From: Thermoplasmata archaeon
GTDB lineage: Archaea; Thermoplasmatota; Thermoplasmata; Lutacidiplasmatales; UBA184
DNA length: 64,000 nt
Reading direction: 5' to 3'
NCBI GenBank assembly: GCA_035502035.1
Contig: DATJUZ010000059.1
Coordinates: 6,650 to 70,649, forward strand
The notes under the pieces: model-generated
Database searches by the model: none
What the model saw: only the letters and a program-made list of their open reading frames with translations
What the model was told of the DNA's origin: nothing
Position numbers and translations under genes: made by a program
Shown: positions 62,175 to 64,000 of the stretch, in pieces
Layout of the letters: each line of letters starts with the position of its first letter
How positions within the stretch are numbered: position 1 is the stretch's first letter

Positions 62175-64000
62175 ATGGCCGTCGGCCCGGGCCGGCACCG
62201 AGGCGAGCCCCGGACGCCGCGGTTCGGGCGGCTCGGCGCCGCGGTCGTGCGACGTCCGATCGTCCCGGTCGTGCTCTGGATCGTCCTGGTCGTCGTCGCC
62301 GTGCCGTTCCTCTCCCGCCTCGGCTCGGTGACGACGAGCTCGACCGAGACGCTCCCGTCGAACGCCCCGAGCGCGGTCGCCGACGCGAAGTTCGCCCAGC
62401 TGTTCCCGAACGAGTCGGGAGGTTCGTCGACGATCCTGCTGTTCACCGGGGCGGGGATCGAAGGGCCCGCGGGGCAGGGGCTGGTGCTCAACGTCACGGC
62501 GGCGCTCCTCCGCGACCGCGGGCTGGTCGACGTCGCCGCGATCGCGAGCGTCTACACCGCCTACGCCGCCTACCTTGCGGGGGAGACGACGCTCGCCGGG
62601 GCGGCGATCGGCGCGGCGGAGGCGGGCTCTCCGAACGTCACGTACGCGGTCAACGCGACCGCCGGACTCCTCTGGGGTCCGCCGGCGCGGTTCCTCGTGA
62701 CGTGGGAGGGGCTCGTCAACGCCTCCGGTCCTCCGGCCTCTGCGTCCAACGCCCCCGCGTTCAACGCGACCGTGGCGGCGCTCGCCGGCTCGCCCGAGGA
62801 GGTCGCGGTCCTTGGGGCGTTCTACAACGGCTCGACCGGCTTCAACGGCAGCGCCGCCGCCTGCGCCTCGCTCTACCCGTCGTTCGCCGCCGTGCGGTCC
62901 TGCGCCGACACGAGCGCGCGCACGAACCTTCCGGGCCTCTTCCCGAGCCTGAGCGGGCTGAACGGCACGGTCGCGCGGGCCTCGCTCGCCGGTCTCGGGA
63001 GCGGCAACGCGTCCGAGCTCAGCAGCCAGCAGGCGGTCGCGGCGGCCCTGGTCGGCGCGAGCGCCGGTCTCTCGGCCCGGTGGGTCGGTACGGTTTGGGC
63101 GTGGGAACGGGCGCAGGCGATCCCGCCGGGCGCTCCGACCGCGGCCGAGGCCGGCGCGTTCGCCAATGCGAGCGTGGCCTCGACCACCCTCGCCGCCGAG
63201 CCGCTGCCGGTGCCCCCCGCGCTCGCCGCACCGTTCGTCAACGCCGCCGGGACGGCGAGCCTGATCAGCGTCTCGTTCACGGTCGCCGACGACGCCACCA
63301 ACGCCTCCGGCGGAGCGCCGGTCGACCACGACCTCGGGGCGATCGACACGGTGGTCCGCGGGCTCCTCTCCGCGGACGGGCCGCCGGGCCGGTTCGCCTA
63401 CTACCAGACCGGACCGGCGCCGCTGGACGAGCTGTCGAGCTCGTCGGTGAGCTCCTCGCTCGCGCTCGTCCTGCCGCTGACGGTCGGCCTACTGCTCGGG
63501 ATCACGATGCTCTACTTCCGCTCGCCGCTCGCCCCGCTGGTCGCCTTCGCCGGGCTCGGGATGGCGCTGCTGCTCGGCCTCGCGGCGACCGTCCTGGTCG
63601 GGACCCTCGTGACCCACGTCGACAGCACGGCGATCGTCCTCGAGGAGGTGTTCGTGCTCGGGGTCGGGACCGATTACTCGATCTTCCTGATGGCCCGCTA
63701 CCGGGAGGAGCTCGTCCGGGGCCGCAGCTCCGAGGAGGCGATCGTCGCCTCGGTGACGTGGGCGGGCCAGTCGATCGCGACGAGCGGCTCGACCGCGATC
63801 ATCGTCACGGTCGCGCTGGCGCTGAGCGGGGTCGCCCTCCTCTCGCAGTGGGGGATCGTCCTGTCGATCGCGATCCTCGTCACGCTCCTGATCTCGCTCA
63901 CGCTCCTGCCGGCCCTGCTGCGCTGGTTCGGTCCCCGGATCTTCTGGCCGACGACCGGCGAGCGGTTCGCCCGCGCGGCGCGGTCGGCCAACGCCCGGGC
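62175..64000 (+). CDS. MMPL/RND-superfamily membrane transporter (partial, runs off the window)
   Basis: Open frame from ATG 62175 (GGGAGG upstream) with no stop to the window end; absent from the track. N-terminal TM helix, a large sequon-rich extracytoplasmic loop, then a TM bundle with GVGTDYSIFLMARYREE (MMPL signature, checked in frame at 63651 onward). Confidence 0.8.
   Translation, partial: MAVGPGRHRGEPRTPRFGRLGAAVVRRPIVPVVLWIVLVVVAVPFLSRLGSVTTSSTETLPSNAPSAVADAKFAQLFPNESGGSSTILLFTGAGIEGPAGQGLVLNVTAALLRDRGLVDVAAIASVYTAYAAYLAGETTLAGAAIGAAEAGSPNVTYAVNATAGLLWGPPARFLVTWEGLVNASGPPASASNAPAFNATVAALAGSPEEVAVLGAFYNGSTGFNGSAAACASLYPSFAAVRSCADTSARTNLPGLFPSLSGLNGTVARASLAGLGSGNASELSSQQAVAAALVGASAGLSARWVGTVWAWERAQAIPPGAPTAAEAGAFANASVASTTLAAEPLPVPPALAAPFVNAAGTASLISVSFTVADDATNASGGAPVDHDLGAIDTVVRGLLSADGPPGRFAYYQTGPAPLDELSSSSVSSSLALVLPLTVGLLLGITMLYFRSPLAPLVAFAGLGMALLLGLAATVLVGTLVTHVDSTAIVLEEVFVLGVGTDYSIFLMARYREELVRGRSSEEAIVASVTWAGQSIATSGSTAIIVTVALALSGVALLSQWGIVLSIAILVTLLISLTLLPALLRWFGPRIFWPTTGERFARAARSANAR

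Noticed and set aside
58015-63329. 649-aa and 752-aa minus-strand ORFs opposite secY and cbf5/MMPL
   Set aside because: Shadow ORFs with Arg/Asp/Glu/Pro-rich composition. The plus-strand frames carry SecY, Cbf5 and MMPL signatures.
1-64000. Mobile elements, integrases, transposases, CRISPR arrays, rRNA genes, toxin-antitoxin or defence systems
   Set aside because: None were recognised on either strand. No long direct or inverted repeats were noticed flanking any block, including the nickel module.

Overview
Very GC-rich archaeal chromosomal segment (roughly 70% G+C or more by eye, not computed). It is densely coding and has no mobile elements or CRISPR arrays. The archaeal assignment rests on an archaeal-type ribosomal protein cluster (uL3 to uL15 with eS4, eL32, eL19 and RNase P protein Rpp29), followed by SecY, a DUF106 insertase, archaeal Cmk and Cbf5, plus TiaS, AglB, CTP-type riboflavin kinase, a RaSEA-like radical SAM protein, an Sm protein and the HMG-CoA synthase/thiolase/DUF35 mevalonate trio. 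Lineage below domain level is not resolved. DnaK and RaSEA suggest a euryarchaeote or Thermoplasmatota-like organism, with low confidence.

Gene order:
- A giant AglB plus a sequon-rich surface protein.
- A six-gene tightly coupled operon (isopropylmalate-type synthase, dehydratase large and small subunits, dehydrogenase, thiolase, DUF35), divergent from a two-subunit 2-oxoacid:ferredoxin oxidoreductase.
- TiaS, HtpX, HisRS.
- An Sm-RibK-RaSEA-NadE-TPD nuclease operon.
- Citrate synthase and DnaK.
- A roughly 540-nt unassigned structured intergenic region.
- M20 amidohydrolase and a class V aminotransferase.
- PAC2, tRNA-Ala, an XRE regulator with the mevalonate trio and a DUF835-like gene.
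- A GT4 glycosyltransferase, tRNA-Arg, DUF99, DUF2203, Tdh-Kbl.
- The ribosomal protein cluster, an antisense NikR/NiCoT nickel module, SecY, DUF106, Cmk, Cbf5 and a partial MMPL transporter.

Most notable observations:
1. A 2192-aa AglB oligosaccharyltransferase fused to about 1300 aa of sequon-dense surface-array domains.
2. Both tRNA genes in the window carry 32-nt introns at the non-canonical T-loop position 59/60, with the same BHB architecture.
3. An unassigned structured non-coding region next to dnaK.
4. A thiolase/DUF35 pair translationally coupled to a Leu-type 2-oxoacid elongation operon.
5. A nickel regulon inserted antisense between rpl15 and secY.

About 25 gene junctions use 4-nt ATGA/GTGA (or 1-nt TGATG) stop/start overlaps, and many true starts are GTG. 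The very long Arg/Asp/Glu/Pro-rich ORFs in the track are antisense or out-of-frame artefacts of the GC content. All family assignments come from motif recognition by eye; no searches were run.
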